Part shown: one piece after another, positions 4,049-11,435 of the stretch
Numbering within the stretch: the first letter of the stretch is position 1
Layout of the letters: each line of letters opens with the position of its first letter
IMG/VR virus record: IMGVR_UViG_3300013103_000848
Location: 1 to 11,645 of that record
Source: a virus
Direction: 5' to 3' (one strand)
DNA: 11,645 nucleotides
Position numbers and translations under genes: made by a program
The notes under the pieces: model-generated
Databases searched by the model: none
What the model was told of the DNA's origin: nothing
What the model saw: only the letters and a program-made list of their open reading frames with translations

Positions 4049-5359
4049 ATGAAATATGATATTACCCAGCCATGGAAAACTCTTGACAAATGGCAAAAGG
4101 ACTATATCAATACCCCGCCAGAACAAGACTGCTTTCTTCTAACTGGACGACAATCAGGAAAAACCGCCGCAATGTCCATAAAAATTGTAGAAATGTGTGT
4201 TCACCATTTCAAAAAAGAACAAAATATCTTAATCTGCTCAATCACAGAAAAACAAGCTTATAGAATGCTTGCAAAAGCTCTTGTTTATGCAAAGATAAAA
4301 TATCCAAAATTTGTAATCACAAAAGGCAAAGACAAACCAACCAAACACATAATCAAATTCACAACAGGAGCAGGTATTTACTCCTACGCCGCGGGAGAAT
4401 CAGGCGAAGGATTAAGAGGAGACACAATAAAAAAATTAATGATTGATGAAGGTTCTGGAATGAGCGAAGAATTTTTTGTGGCAACTACCCCTATGTTATC
4501 TGTATCAGGGGGAAGTATGGACATAGCCAGCACTCCAAGAGGAAAATATGACAAAGAAGGAAACGAACTATTTTTTTATAAATGTTCAAAAGATAAAAAT
4601 TTTAAAAAGTTTTATGTCTCTGCTGAGGATTGTCCAAGACACTCAAAAGAATTTCTGCAAAGACAAAAAGAGAGATTTACAAAACTGCAATACGCACAAG
4701 AATATCTGGCACAATTTTTAGATGAAGTTCAATCTTTTTTTGATCTTGACTTAATTAAAAAACTCTGCGTTGAAAAAGTCCCAAAAGAAATAATAACATC
4801 TGGAGATAATTTTATCGGCTGTGATGTTGCCAGAAAAGGAATAGATAAATTCACTTATGAAATCTTTAACAGAACAGGACACAGAGGAAATTACAAATTA
4901 AGACATGTTTTTAATCTCACAACTAACAATATTCCAATTCCAGAAAGCGTAAGAAAAATTATCTCTCTAAATAAATCCTACAACTTTAAAAAAGAATACA
5001 TTGACAGCGGGGGAATGGGAATAGCTGTTTGCGACTTGCTCCGTGAAGATAAAGCAAATAAAAATAAAGTTGTTGAAATAAATAACTCTTCAAGAAGATA
5101 TACAGAAGACGGAGAAAAAAAGAAAACAGGAATTTTAAAAGAGGACTTATATAAAAATCTCGCTGTTCTTATGGAACAAAATAAAATTACTTTTTTGGAT
5201 GATGACGAAGTAAAGAGTTCTTTATCTTCAATCCAATACGAATACAACTCATCAGGACGCTTAATAATCTGGGGTTATAACGACCATATCGCAGAGGGCA
5301 TTGTCAGAGCGGCCTGGTGCATAAAAGACAAAAGTTTAAATATCCTTGCTTTTTGTTAA
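4049..5359 (+). CDS. terL: Terminase large subunit (ATPase plus RNase-H-like nuclease), 436 aa
   Basis: Walker A is GRQSGKT (aa 33-39, nt 4145-4165) and Walker B-like is KKLMIDEGS. Nuclease-domain acidic motifs are FIGCDVARKGIDKFT, YIDSGGMGIAVCDLL and YNDHIAEGIVRAAW. The size and motif order are typical of TerL. Confidence 0.9.
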   Translation: MKYDITQPWKTLDKWQKDYINTPPEQDCFLLTGRQSGKTAAMSIKIVEMCVHHFKKEQNILICSITEKQAYRMLAKALVYAKIKYPKFVITKGKDKPTKHIIKFTTGAGIYSYAAGESGEGLRGDTIKKLMIDEGSGMSEEFFVATTPMLSVSGGSMDIASTPRGKYDKEGNELFFYKCSKDKNFKKFYVSAEDCPRHSKEFLQRQKERFTKLQYAQEYLAQFLDEVQSFFDLDLIKKLCVEKVPKEIITSGDNFIGCDVARKGIDKFTYEIFNRTGHRGNYKLRHVFNLTTNNIPIPESVRKIISLNKSYNFKKEYIDSGGMGIAVCDLLREDKANKNKVVEINNSSRRYTEDGEKKKTGILKEDLYKNLAVLMEQNKITFLDDDEVKSSLSSIQYEYNSSGRLIIWGYNDHIAEGIVRAAWCIKDKSLNILAFC

Positions 5360-5437
5360 TAACATGTTAAGAAAAATCTATATAGCATACTTAAAGATGA
5401 TAATTAAACTCTTGAGCGGCAAAGCAGCAGTAATATA

Positions 5438-5803
5438 ATGACAGACACAGGAATATTTGCAACAACAGAAGAAGTCCAGAGAAAAGCTGGAGCAAACGCA
5501 AACGCAACAGCGAAGTCAGAAGCATACATTAATGACTTCATAGCACAAGCAGAAAGTACGATTAATGTTATGTGCAGATATAATTTTTCTGATAAGTTCT
5601 CAACTTTAAACACAGATGTAAAACAAATTCTCAAAGAAGTTGCTTCAAACCTCGCTGCAATCTATGTAATTAACTATGATATGTCTGGTTTTACTTCAAG
5701 AACTGAAGCAGAAAACATGATTAATATTCTCAGAGATGCCTCATTAAGAGGACTTTCAATATTAAGAAATCAACAAGCGGTGACTTTTATAAATGGCGCA
5801 TGA
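5438..5803 (+). CDS. Possible head-tail adaptor/connector (gp6-like), 121 aa
   Basis: Its size and N-terminal pattern (TTEEVQRKAG...SEAYINDFIAQAESTIN) resemble gp6/gp15-type head completion proteins. This call rests on position and pattern only. Confidence 0.45.
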   Translation: MTDTGIFATTEEVQRKAGANANATAKSEAYINDFIAQAESTINVMCRYNFSDKFSTLNTDVKQILKEVASNLAAIYVINYDMSGFTSRTEAENMINILRDASLRGLSILRNQQAVTFINGA

Positions 5804-6221
5804 TTTTAAAAGATTTCCAGAACTGACAAACTCACAAATGCAATTCTATTATTTTGACAGCCCACACCAGCAAATCACAGAAAGTTTTAGGGCAAGAGTT
5901 GTCAAAGTCATAGATGGCGACACAATAAGGGTAACCTGCGATTTTAGGGATTTTGCTTTTCCAATCCGACTGATAGAAATAAACGCCCCTGAAATGAACG
6001 AAGGCGGACAGGAAAGTAAATCATGGCTTGAAAATCAAATAATAGGCGAAGATATAGATGTAATTGTAGACCCAAACTTTAGAGTGGGAAAATGGGGGCG
6101 ATTATTAGGGAGGATTATCAGCAGAGGACTTGACATGGGAGAGGCAAGCATGCGTTTAGGTTTCTCAACAAAATTCGGAGAAAGAAATTTTGAACAGGAG
6201 ATGAAAAGAATATGGTATTAA
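5793..6221 (+). CDS. Staphylococcal nuclease (SNase/thermonuclease) homolog, 142 aa
   Basis: VVKVIDGDTIRV ... IRLIEINAPE ... WGRLLGRI matches the SNase DGDT / RL-x-x-[DN]-A-P-E / GRxL motif order. Asn replaces the usual Asp of the D-[AT]-P-E motif. Confidence 0.8.
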   Translation: MAHDFKRFPELTNSQMQFYYFDSPHQQITESFRARVVKVIDGDTIRVTCDFRDFAFPIRLIEINAPEMNEGGQESKSWLENQIIGEDIDVIVDPNFRVGKWGRLLGRIISRGLDMGEASMRLGFSTKFGERNFEQEMKRIWY

Positions 6222-6628
6222 ATTTTGGGTTTTTAAAAAGAAGTGTTGAAGAAGCATTATCTCCAAGCAAAGACGCATTAACTAATGACTGGCAATGGAT
6301 AGTAGATAATGGAACTTTAAAATTACTGGATGGGGAGGTAACTAATGGAACAACCACACTTTACACCGTGCCTGCAGGAAAAATATTTTATATGATTTCT
6401 ATGAATTTATCTTCAAAAGAAACAAATTCTTCAACAGGAGCGGTAAACGGAAAAGCTGCGGGAATTGTTTTTATTGCGAATGTTCTTCAAGCGAATGATA
6501 CATTTAATTATTCTGGCTCTTTTCCTATTCCTATAAAACTAACAGCAGGACAAACTATTCAAGTTATATCATATGGAGCAAATATTTATGGAGCATTAAG
6601 AGTCCAAGGATACGAGGTAAGTGCATGA
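6212..6628 (+). CDS. Hypothetical beta-rich protein, 138 aa (possible small structural or receptor-binding protein)
   Basis: ORF-track ORF with AGGAG (6196-6200) upstream and a 10-nt overlap with the nuclease gene. The alternating hydrophobic pattern (TLYTVPAGKIFYMISMNL, GQTIQVISYG, GALRVQGYEV) suggests a beta-sandwich or cupin-like fold. Confidence 0.6.
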   Translation: MVLNFGFLKRSVEEALSPSKDALTNDWQWIVDNGTLKLLDGEVTNGTTTLYTVPAGKIFYMISMNLSSKETNSSTGAVNGKAAGIVFIANVLQANDTFNYSGSFPIPIKLTAGQTIQVISYGANIYGALRVQGYEVSA

Positions 6629-6646
6629 AAATTAAAAATATAGAAA

Positions 6647-7741
6647 ATGACAGAAAATAAAATAGATAGTGCAATTGCAAGCGACTTAACAAACGCTATG
6701 ACAGACTTCTCAGTGGATAGTGCAACAACCGACGCTAACACAAACCAAAAAGAAACCTCATGGATGGACACAAATTTTCCAAAATATCTTGGATACTACA
6801 AAGATGAGAAAACTCCTGAACTAACTGCAGTCATTGACGCCAAGGCAACATGGACTATCGGAAAGGGCTATAAAGCAGATGAAGAGACAACAATGCTTTT
6901 AGATACAATCAAAGGAAACGGAAAAGATACATTCAACACAATATTAGAGAACGCAATGAGAGTAATGCTGTTGGGCGGAAACTTCTACGCTCATATTATA
7001 AGAGATGATGAAGGGAATCTTATTAATCTAAAACCATTAGACCCGTCGGTGATGAAACATATTTTTGGAAGAGATGGAATGCTCATCAGGTTTGAACAAG
7101 TTTCCAAATTTCCAGGAAACAAACCGAAGAAGTTTGAGCCAGAAGAAATATTTTATCTTTCAAGAAATCGGATAGCTGATGAGATGCACGGGACAGGAAT
7201 AGCCCAGAAATTAAAATTAATTATTGATATGAAGAATGAGGCAATGGCAGACCAGAGAAAAGCGTTACACTGGAATGTCATACCCCGTTGGAAATTCAAG
7301 TTAAAAACAGACGACCCGACAGAAATCGCAGCTTACAAAGCAAAGCAGGACGCAGCAACAGGAACAGGAGAAAATATCTATGAGCCGTTTGATGTTTCTG
7401 AAAGCGAATTAATTTCAGTAGCCCCGAACGCAACATTAAACCCTATGGCATGGATACAATATTTAGACAATTTGTTTTATGAAATGGCAGGAGTCCCTAA
7501 AATCATTCTCGGGGGTTCAGGAGAATTTACAGAGGCATCAGCAAAAATTGCTTATCTTGCTTTTCAGCAGGGAGTTGAGGAAGAACAACTTTTTATAGAA
7601 GAACAGGTTCTGGCACAATTAAATCTTTTGATAGAATTAGAGTTTCCAGCGTCACTGGAGAACGACCTTTTATCTGATAATAAAAAAGATGGCGCTCAAA
7701 ATATAGATGCAAGTGAAACTACTGCAGGGGAGGGACAATGA
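6647..7741 (+). CDS. Portal protein, 364 aa
   Basis: Its size and position lie between TerL and the scaffold/capsid genes. The segments TFNTILENAMRVMLLGGNFYAHIIRDDEGNLINLKPLDP and later helix-rich regions resemble Phage_portal family architecture. An in-frame stop lies immediately upstream of the ATG. Confidence 0.7.
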   Translation: MTENKIDSAIASDLTNAMTDFSVDSATTDANTNQKETSWMDTNFPKYLGYYKDEKTPELTAVIDAKATWTIGKGYKADEETTMLLDTIKGNGKDTFNTILENAMRVMLLGGNFYAHIIRDDEGNLINLKPLDPSVMKHIFGRDGMLIRFEQVSKFPGNKPKKFEPEEIFYLSRNRIADEMHGTGIAQKLKLIIDMKNEAMADQRKALHWNVIPRWKFKLKTDDPTEIAAYKAKQDAATGTGENIYEPFDVSESELISVAPNATLNPMAWIQYLDNLFYEMAGVPKIILGGSGEFTEASAKIAYLAFQQGVEEEQLFIEEQVLAQLNLLIELEFPASLENDLLSDNKKDGAQNIDASETTAGEGQ

Positions 7742-8910
7742 CCGTTTATTCAACATATATAGGAAAAGGAAAGGACAGAAAGATTTTAACAAAAAGAAAA
7801 AAAAAGAACACTGGGAAAGAGTTAAGAGATAGAATAGAAAGAGCCAAAGCAGAGGGCTGGGACCCTGACCCTAAAAAAGACACACAAAAAGAAAGAAAAA
7901 GAGAAACAGAAAGAACCCAACCAACAGTCAATATCAACAAAAGAGAAACAGAAAGACCCCCAAGAGTAGAATCTAAAACCGCTCCTGTTGTTAAATTAAC
8001 TCCAAAACCAAAAGAAAAAACAGGACTGGCAAAGTTAAGAGAAGAAGATTCTATCAAAGGAGGACTTATCAGAGCTGCGACAGACTGGAGAACAACAGTC
8101 GCTCTCGTCGGAACACTCGCTACTCTTGGAATTGGCTCAGCAGTTATTGCAGGAGCAGAAGCATCAGCAAGCGCAGGAGCAACAGCAGTAATAACAAGAA
8201 CAGGAACCGCTATCTCAGGAGGAATGAAAGGCGTTACTATGACAACACAAAGAGCATTTATCGGGAGAGCCGCAACTTCAGGAGTTAACAAAATCTTTTA
8301 TGCAGTCAGACCAGTCGCCACAAGATTTGCGACAAATCCAAAATCAACAGCTTTAACAACAAAATTATTTTTAAAGGCAGGGTTAAATACTGGAACAGCA
8401 GGGATTTTATTGGGAGCAATCGGCTCTTATCCATTTGCAGGGTTCATCAAAGAAGAAGCACTACAAACTTTAGGTTTTGCTTTCTCATCAGCAGAGAAGA
8501 TAAATGATATTGAAGGAATGGAAATGGTTACAGAAGAAATAGATGAAATCTTAAATGTTGCTCCAAGTATTTTAGATAAAATCCCGTATGTAAATGTTTT
8601 AAAGCAATTAAACGAATTTTTTAAAGCTGTTGCAGTGAAACAAATTCAGAACAAAAGAACCATAGAAGAAGCAAAAAGAGATATAGAAGGTGAAGGAGAA
8701 TTTGAAACTTCATTTGAAAAATCAGCGAGGGAAAGTGCAGAAAGAGAAGAAAAACAAAGAAAAGAAAGTGAAGAATATTACTCAAGAATTGAAGAAGAAA
8801 ACCGTAAAAAAGAGTTAGAAGAAATGGCTTGGAAATCAGAATATTTTAATTTGATAAGAGAGAAGAAATTTAAGGAAGCAGAAGAACTCCTTAAGGAGAA
8901 AATGAAATAA
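7738..8910 (+). CDS. Tripartite virion-associated protein candidate, 390 aa: basic N-terminus, Gly/Ala/Thr-rich hydrophobic centre, Glu/Lys coiled-coil C-terminus
   Basis: It has an ATGA overlap with the portal gene and a strong SD ggggaggg at 7727-7735. KRETER occurs twice, from an 18-nt direct repeat at 7897-7914 and 7939-7956. Hydrophobic stretches are TTVALVGTLATLGIGSAVIAGA and GTAGILLGAIGSYPFAGFI. No protease motif was recognised. Confidence 0.7.
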   Translation: MTVYSTYIGKGKDRKILTKRKKKNTGKELRDRIERAKAEGWDPDPKKDTQKERKRETERTQPTVNINKRETERPPRVESKTAPVVKLTPKPKEKTGLAKLREEDSIKGGLIRAATDWRTTVALVGTLATLGIGSAVIAGAEASASAGATAVITRTGTAISGGMKGVTMTTQRAFIGRAATSGVNKIFYAVRPVATRFATNPKSTALTTKLFLKAGLNTGTAGILLGAIGSYPFAGFIKEEALQTLGFAFSSAEKINDIEGMEMVTEEIDEILNVAPSILDKIPYVNVLKQLNEFFKAVAVKQIQNKRTIEEAKRDIEGEGEFETSFEKSARESAEREEKQRKESEEYYSRIEEENRKKELEEMAWKSEYFNLIREKKFKEAEELLKEKMK

Positions 8911-9086
8911 TGACATCAAAAAAAAAAGTGGATTGGAAGGTGCTGTGTACAGGATTAGTTTGCATAACCGCCTTAGAAGCTTTTGCCCTAAGTTTAGGTT
9001 TCAACGGGACAATGCTAAAAACCGTTTTGGTTATTATAGCATTAGCAATCGGAATATCAATCCCTACACCGACGATAAAACACTGA
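8910..9086 (+). CDS. Small membrane protein with two predicted TM helices, 58 aa (below the ORF-track cutoff)
   Basis: It has a TAATG overlap, and AAGGAG (8893-8898) lies upstream. Translation: MTSKKKVDWKVLCTGLVCITALEAFALSLGFNGTMLKTVLVIIALAIGISIPTPTIKH. Confidence 0.55.
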   Translation: MTSKKKVDWKVLCTGLVCITALEAFALSLGFNGTMLKTVLVIIALAIGISIPTPTIKH

Positions 9087-9095
9087 AATATTAAA

Positions 9096-9164
9096 ATGGA
9101 ACTCTGGGAGTTAATCATCTGGTTAATAATCGCAGGAGTAGTCGTAGTTGCGATTTTATACTGA
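9096..9164 (+). CDS. Possible 22-aa single-TM peptide (MELWELIIWLIIAGVVVVAILY)
   Basis: It fills the gap between two genes on the coding strand and is strongly hydrophobic. It has no SD and is very short. Confidence 0.3.
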   Translation: MELWELIIWLIIAGVVVVAILY

Positions 9165-9179
9165 AAGGAGGTAAATAAA

Positions 9180-9521
9180 ATGAGTGAAGAACCACAAGAA
9201 GAAACTAAGAGGAAAGAAGTTCAAGAAGGAACGCAGGAAAAGGAAGTTCAGGGAAAAGATAATTCTTCAGACAGGATTTCCGACGGAGTGGCGACAACAA
9301 CACCGCTTATTGAAAACGCCCGTGAGGAAAGAGAAAAGCTGGAAAAAGTCGTTAAAGAACTCAAAGCTGAGAATGACAGACGAGAGTTAATAATGGCAAA
9401 GCAAGCATTAGGCGGACGAAGTGAAGCAGGACAAGAGTTAGTGAAGAAAGAAGAAACTGACAAAGAATATTCTGAAAGAATAGACAGGGAAATCCGAGAG
9501 GGAAAAACAGAATTTAATTAA
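9180..9521 (+). CDS. Scaffolding-protein candidate, 113 aa, highly charged and helical
   Basis: The best SD in the window (aggaggt, 9166-9172) lies 7 nt upstream. The protein is Glu/Lys/Arg-rich with coiled-coil character (REEREKLEKVVKELKAENDRRE). It lies just upstream of the decoration and capsid genes. Confidence 0.55.
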   Translation: MSEEPQEETKRKEVQEGTQEKEVQGKDNSSDRISDGVATTTPLIENAREEREKLEKVVKELKAENDRRELIMAKQALGGRSEAGQELVKKEETDKEYSERIDREIREGKTEFN

Positions 9522-9522
9522 G

Positions 9523-9693
9523 ATGGTAAAATCAAAGGATGGAAAAATTGAAGTTATCTCAAGAGAAGAGGATTATCTTAGAAAGGCATTGGAAAGAACA
9601 AAGGATTTAATCTTTCAATCAGAACAAAATCTTATCATTAATAAGGAGATGGTTAGGATTCTTGAGAAAAAAATAAAAGAATTTTCAAAGTAA
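9523..9693 (+). CDS. Hypothetical helical protein, 56 aa (below the ORF-track cutoff)
   Basis: Hand translation: MVKSKDGKIEVISREEDYLRKALERTKDLIFQSEQNLIINKEMVRILEKKIKEFSK. It starts 2 nt after the upstream stop and fills otherwise empty coding-strand space. Confidence 0.45.
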   Translation: MVKSKDGKIEVISREEDYLRKALERTKDLIFQSEQNLIINKEMVRILEKKIKEFSK

Positions 9694-9705
9694 TCGGTAT
9701 ACCGA
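9694..9705. promoter_or_regulatory. Perfect 12-nt palindrome TCGGTATACCGA just upstream of the capsid-operon promoter; candidate regulator site
   Basis: Read directly. It ends 5 nt before the BRE-like agaaaca at 9711. Confidence 0.45.
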
Positions 9706-9710
9706 ATAAC

Positions 9711-9725
9711 AGAAACATTTAAATA
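9711..9725 (+). promoter_or_regulatory. Archaeal-type promoter candidate (agaaaca plus tttaaata) for the decoration/capsid/fibre operon
   Basis: The TATA box lies at 9718-9725, with 22 nt to the ATG at 9748. The intervening sequence is T-rich and has no SD. Confidence 0.6.
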
Positions 9726-9747
9726 CTTTATTTTTTATTATTTATCT

Positions 9748-10158
9748 ATGGCAGACGAAGCAATCCTAAGGCTTGAAACAAGACAACCAATTAGTTTCAA
9801 TAAAGCCTCTGCAACTGCATTTGAAAAGGGTGCTTTTGTAGATTTAAATGATGATTTAACAGCTGTCGCTGCAACAGCAGACGGGCATGTTGGCGGAATT
9901 GTCGCTGTTGAAGAAGTGGCAAACCAGCACAGCACTGTGGCTGTTTATCGTGAGGGCTTTTTCTATGGAACAGCGTCGGCAGCAATTACTATCGGACAAA
10001 CTCTTGCTTTAACAGGCTCAGGGAATAAACTTAAACCATCTACTGCCTCAGATGTAGCAAGCAAAACCGTAGGCATAGCATTAGAAGCAGCAAGCGGTAA
10101 TGGCGAGCAATTCTTATTTGAACTAAAACCAGGCGTGGGAGTTAACGCATTCGCATAA
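9748..10158 (+). CDS. Head decoration / capsid cement protein candidate (DUF2190-like), 136 aa
   Basis: It is a Gly/Ala/Val-rich beta protein (GAFVDLNDD, GHVGGIVAVEE, VAVYREGFFYG, GQTLALTGSGNKL, VGIALEAASGNGEQFLFEL). It lies immediately upstream of, and is translationally coupled (TAATG) to, the capsid gene, the usual arrangement for DUF2190-type decoration proteins. Confidence 0.6.
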   Translation: MADEAILRLETRQPISFNKASATAFEKGAFVDLNDDLTAVAATADGHVGGIVAVEEVANQHSTVAVYREGFFYGTASAAITIGQTLALTGSGNKLKPSTASDVASKTVGIALEAASGNGEQFLFELKPGVGVNAFA

Positions 10159-11024
10159 TGGCAGATACAGCAGGACAAGCACTAATAAGAGGGATTAACC
10201 TTGATAAGAAAGCAAGAAACTATCAGAATGAAGAATCTATTTTTTACAAGGAAGTTAATGTTAGTGTATCCTCATCAAGAGAAATACGATATTATCAAAA
10301 AACATCAGGATATTTAACTGCAACTTCTCCAGCGAGCATTGTAATCGCAGAGGGTGCTTTGCCTTTTGTTTTAGAAACTTCTTGGACAAGAAACACAGCT
10401 TACACAAAAAAGTATTCTGTTGATAGCCCTTTAATTACTGTGGAAGATGAGAAAGACAGCGAAGTTAGGGTATTTATGGATAATCTTGAGGAAATTACTG
10501 GAGCTGTTGTTAATGAAAGAGAGGGAGACATCTGGGATGTAGCAACAGAAGACCAGACACCAGTTAATATTAATTCTGTAACTTCTACTGCTGCGTGGGA
10601 TGCAGCCTCAGGGCAGGACCCTATGGAAGATGTAGCTGAAGCAGTGCAAAAGATTAGAGAACAAACTAAAAGGAAAGTTGTAAATCCTAAATTATATGTT
10701 TCTGCAAAAGGAGAAAAAGATTTAAAGGTTTGGATTACTTCAATGAAAGGAAGTTCTTGGAGTGAATTAGCTTCTAAAGTAGTTGTGGATGGAGTTTTGA
10801 CACGATTTGGCGGATGTTCTGTTGTAGTTTCTGAAAATGTAACTGCTGATTATGCTCTTGTTGCGGACTTGAAAAAATCTACTGAATACTGGGAGTTCTT
10901 TCCTTTGAAAACTGCAATAATCACAGAAGAATTAATCGGAAGAAAAATAAGAGTGATGACAAACGGAATTGCAGTTTTAACAAGACCAAAATTCAACTGC
11001 TTGATTACAAACACAGAGGCATAA
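10158..11024 (+). CDS. Major capsid protein, HK97-fold candidate, 288 aa
   Basis: It follows the scaffold and decoration genes. The segment TAAWDAASGQDPMEDVAEAVQKIREQT...NPKLYVSAKGEKDL resembles the conserved W-x-(n)-P-[IM]-x-D and following helix region of HK97/lambda-E-type capsid proteins. The call was made by eye. Confidence 0.75.
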   Translation: MADTAGQALIRGINLDKKARNYQNEESIFYKEVNVSVSSSREIRYYQKTSGYLTATSPASIVIAEGALPFVLETSWTRNTAYTKKYSVDSPLITVEDEKDSEVRVFMDNLEEITGAVVNEREGDIWDVATEDQTPVNINSVTSTAAWDAASGQDPMEDVAEAVQKIREQTKRKVVNPKLYVSAKGEKDLKVWITSMKGSSWSELASKVVVDGVLTRFGGCSVVVSENVTADYALVADLKKSTEYWEFFPLKTAIITEELIGRKIRVMTNGIAVLTRPKFNCLITNTEA

Positions 11025-11025
11025 A

Positions 11026-11277
11026 ATGACACTTGAAAACCTTAAAAAACTATACAAGCATTATTCTTTTTTATCTAAAGGAAACTTTACAGCTGAGGAT
11101 TTTTATAAAGAATTTGGAGATGGCGAAGATGCAGGTTTTTCTCATGTGGGAAAACTTCCAGCTGACAGAAGAAAATTAATCATTGCAGACGCACAAAGAA
11201 ATCTTAAAGAACTTCTTAAAAAATATCCTGAGTTAAAAGAAGAAGAAAAACCAATTAAATCTAAGGTGAAGAAATAA
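11026..11277 (+). CDS. Hypothetical protein, 83 aa, Lys/Glu-rich C-terminus
   Basis: ORF-track ORF with AGAGG 6 nt upstream. It lies directly after the capsid gene and may be a head completion protein; that role is unsupported. Confidence 0.6.
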   Translation: MTLENLKKLYKHYSFLSKGNFTAEDFYKEFGDGEDAGFSHVGKLPADRRKLIIADAQRNLKELLKKYPELKEEEKPIKSKVKK

Positions 11278-11435
11278 TGGAGAGTGTGCATGATAAGAAA
11301 TTAGGCACATCTGTGGCAGAAGCGACTTTTGTTGAAAACTCTGGCGGAACTGCAGTAAATGTTGATAGCACATTTGGGGGTTATACTCTTCAGCAAGTTG
11401 TTAAAGCTTTACAAATAGCAGGGGTGCTTGAATAA
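11277..11435 (+). CDS. Hypothetical protein, 52 aa (below the ORF-track cutoff)
   Basis: It has a TAATG overlap, and an SD aaggtga (11263-11269) lies 7 nt upstream. Translation: MESVHDKKLGTSVAEATFVENSGGTAVNVDSTFGGYTLQQVVKALQIAGVLE. Confidence 0.55.
   Translation: MESVHDKKLGTSVAEATFVENSGGTAVNVDSTFGGYTLQQVVKALQIAGVLE

Noticed and set aside
5336-5386. An additional promoter between the terminase and adaptor genes (tttaaata at 5336-5343; agaaaaatc-tatatagc at 5371-5387)
   Set aside because: The first box lies inside the terminase coding sequence, and neither box is 19-24 nt from an ATG; the ATG at 5438 is 94 and 50 nt away. The second resembles the terminase promoter upstream half but has a degenerate TATA box. 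This is too weak to call without start-site data.
7746-8291. A 181-aa minus-strand ORF, the longest antisense ORF in the track
   Set aside because: It lies entirely inside the well-supported + strand gene 7738..8910, which has a strong SD and an ATGA overlap with the portal gene. Its product is low-complexity (Ala/Val/Ser/Leu/Phe). It is typical of a shadow frame opposite a purine-rich, GCN-rich coding region, and it has no promoter or SD.
7738-8910. A prohead protease at the portal-scaffold position
   Set aside because: I looked for S49/ClpP-like or HK97 (U35/S78) style Ser/His/Asp contexts and found none that I could recognise. The protein is dominated by low-complexity basic, hydrophobic and coiled-coil segments.
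8918-8927. An A10 homopolymer as a programmed frameshift or phase-variation site; there is also an A9 at 7796-7804
   Set aside because: It simply encodes Lys-Lys-Lys near the N-terminus of the small membrane protein. Neither shifted frame opens into an extended ORF. Sequencing-error-prone homopolymers here could, however, affect the called frame.
9184-9390. An alternative + frame 68-aa ORF inside the scaffold-like gene
   Set aside because: It starts 4 nt after the SD-preceded ATG at 9180 in another frame. Its product is an extremely basic Lys/Arg string, typical of an off-frame reading of GAA/AAG-rich sequence.
98-11032. Other minus-strand track ORFs: 98..301, 1649..1849, 1749..2015, 1930..2214, 1997..2179, 2681..2866, 4978..5247, 5404..5634, 6118..6357, 6586..6771, 8891..9118, 9248..9463, 9738..9935, 9797..9985, 9963..10178, 10850..11032
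   Set aside because: All are 60-94 aa and embedded antisense in + strand genes that have recognisable motifs or tight translational coupling. Their translations are Phe/Leu/Ser/Ile-rich low-complexity strings, as expected from the complement of purine-rich codons.
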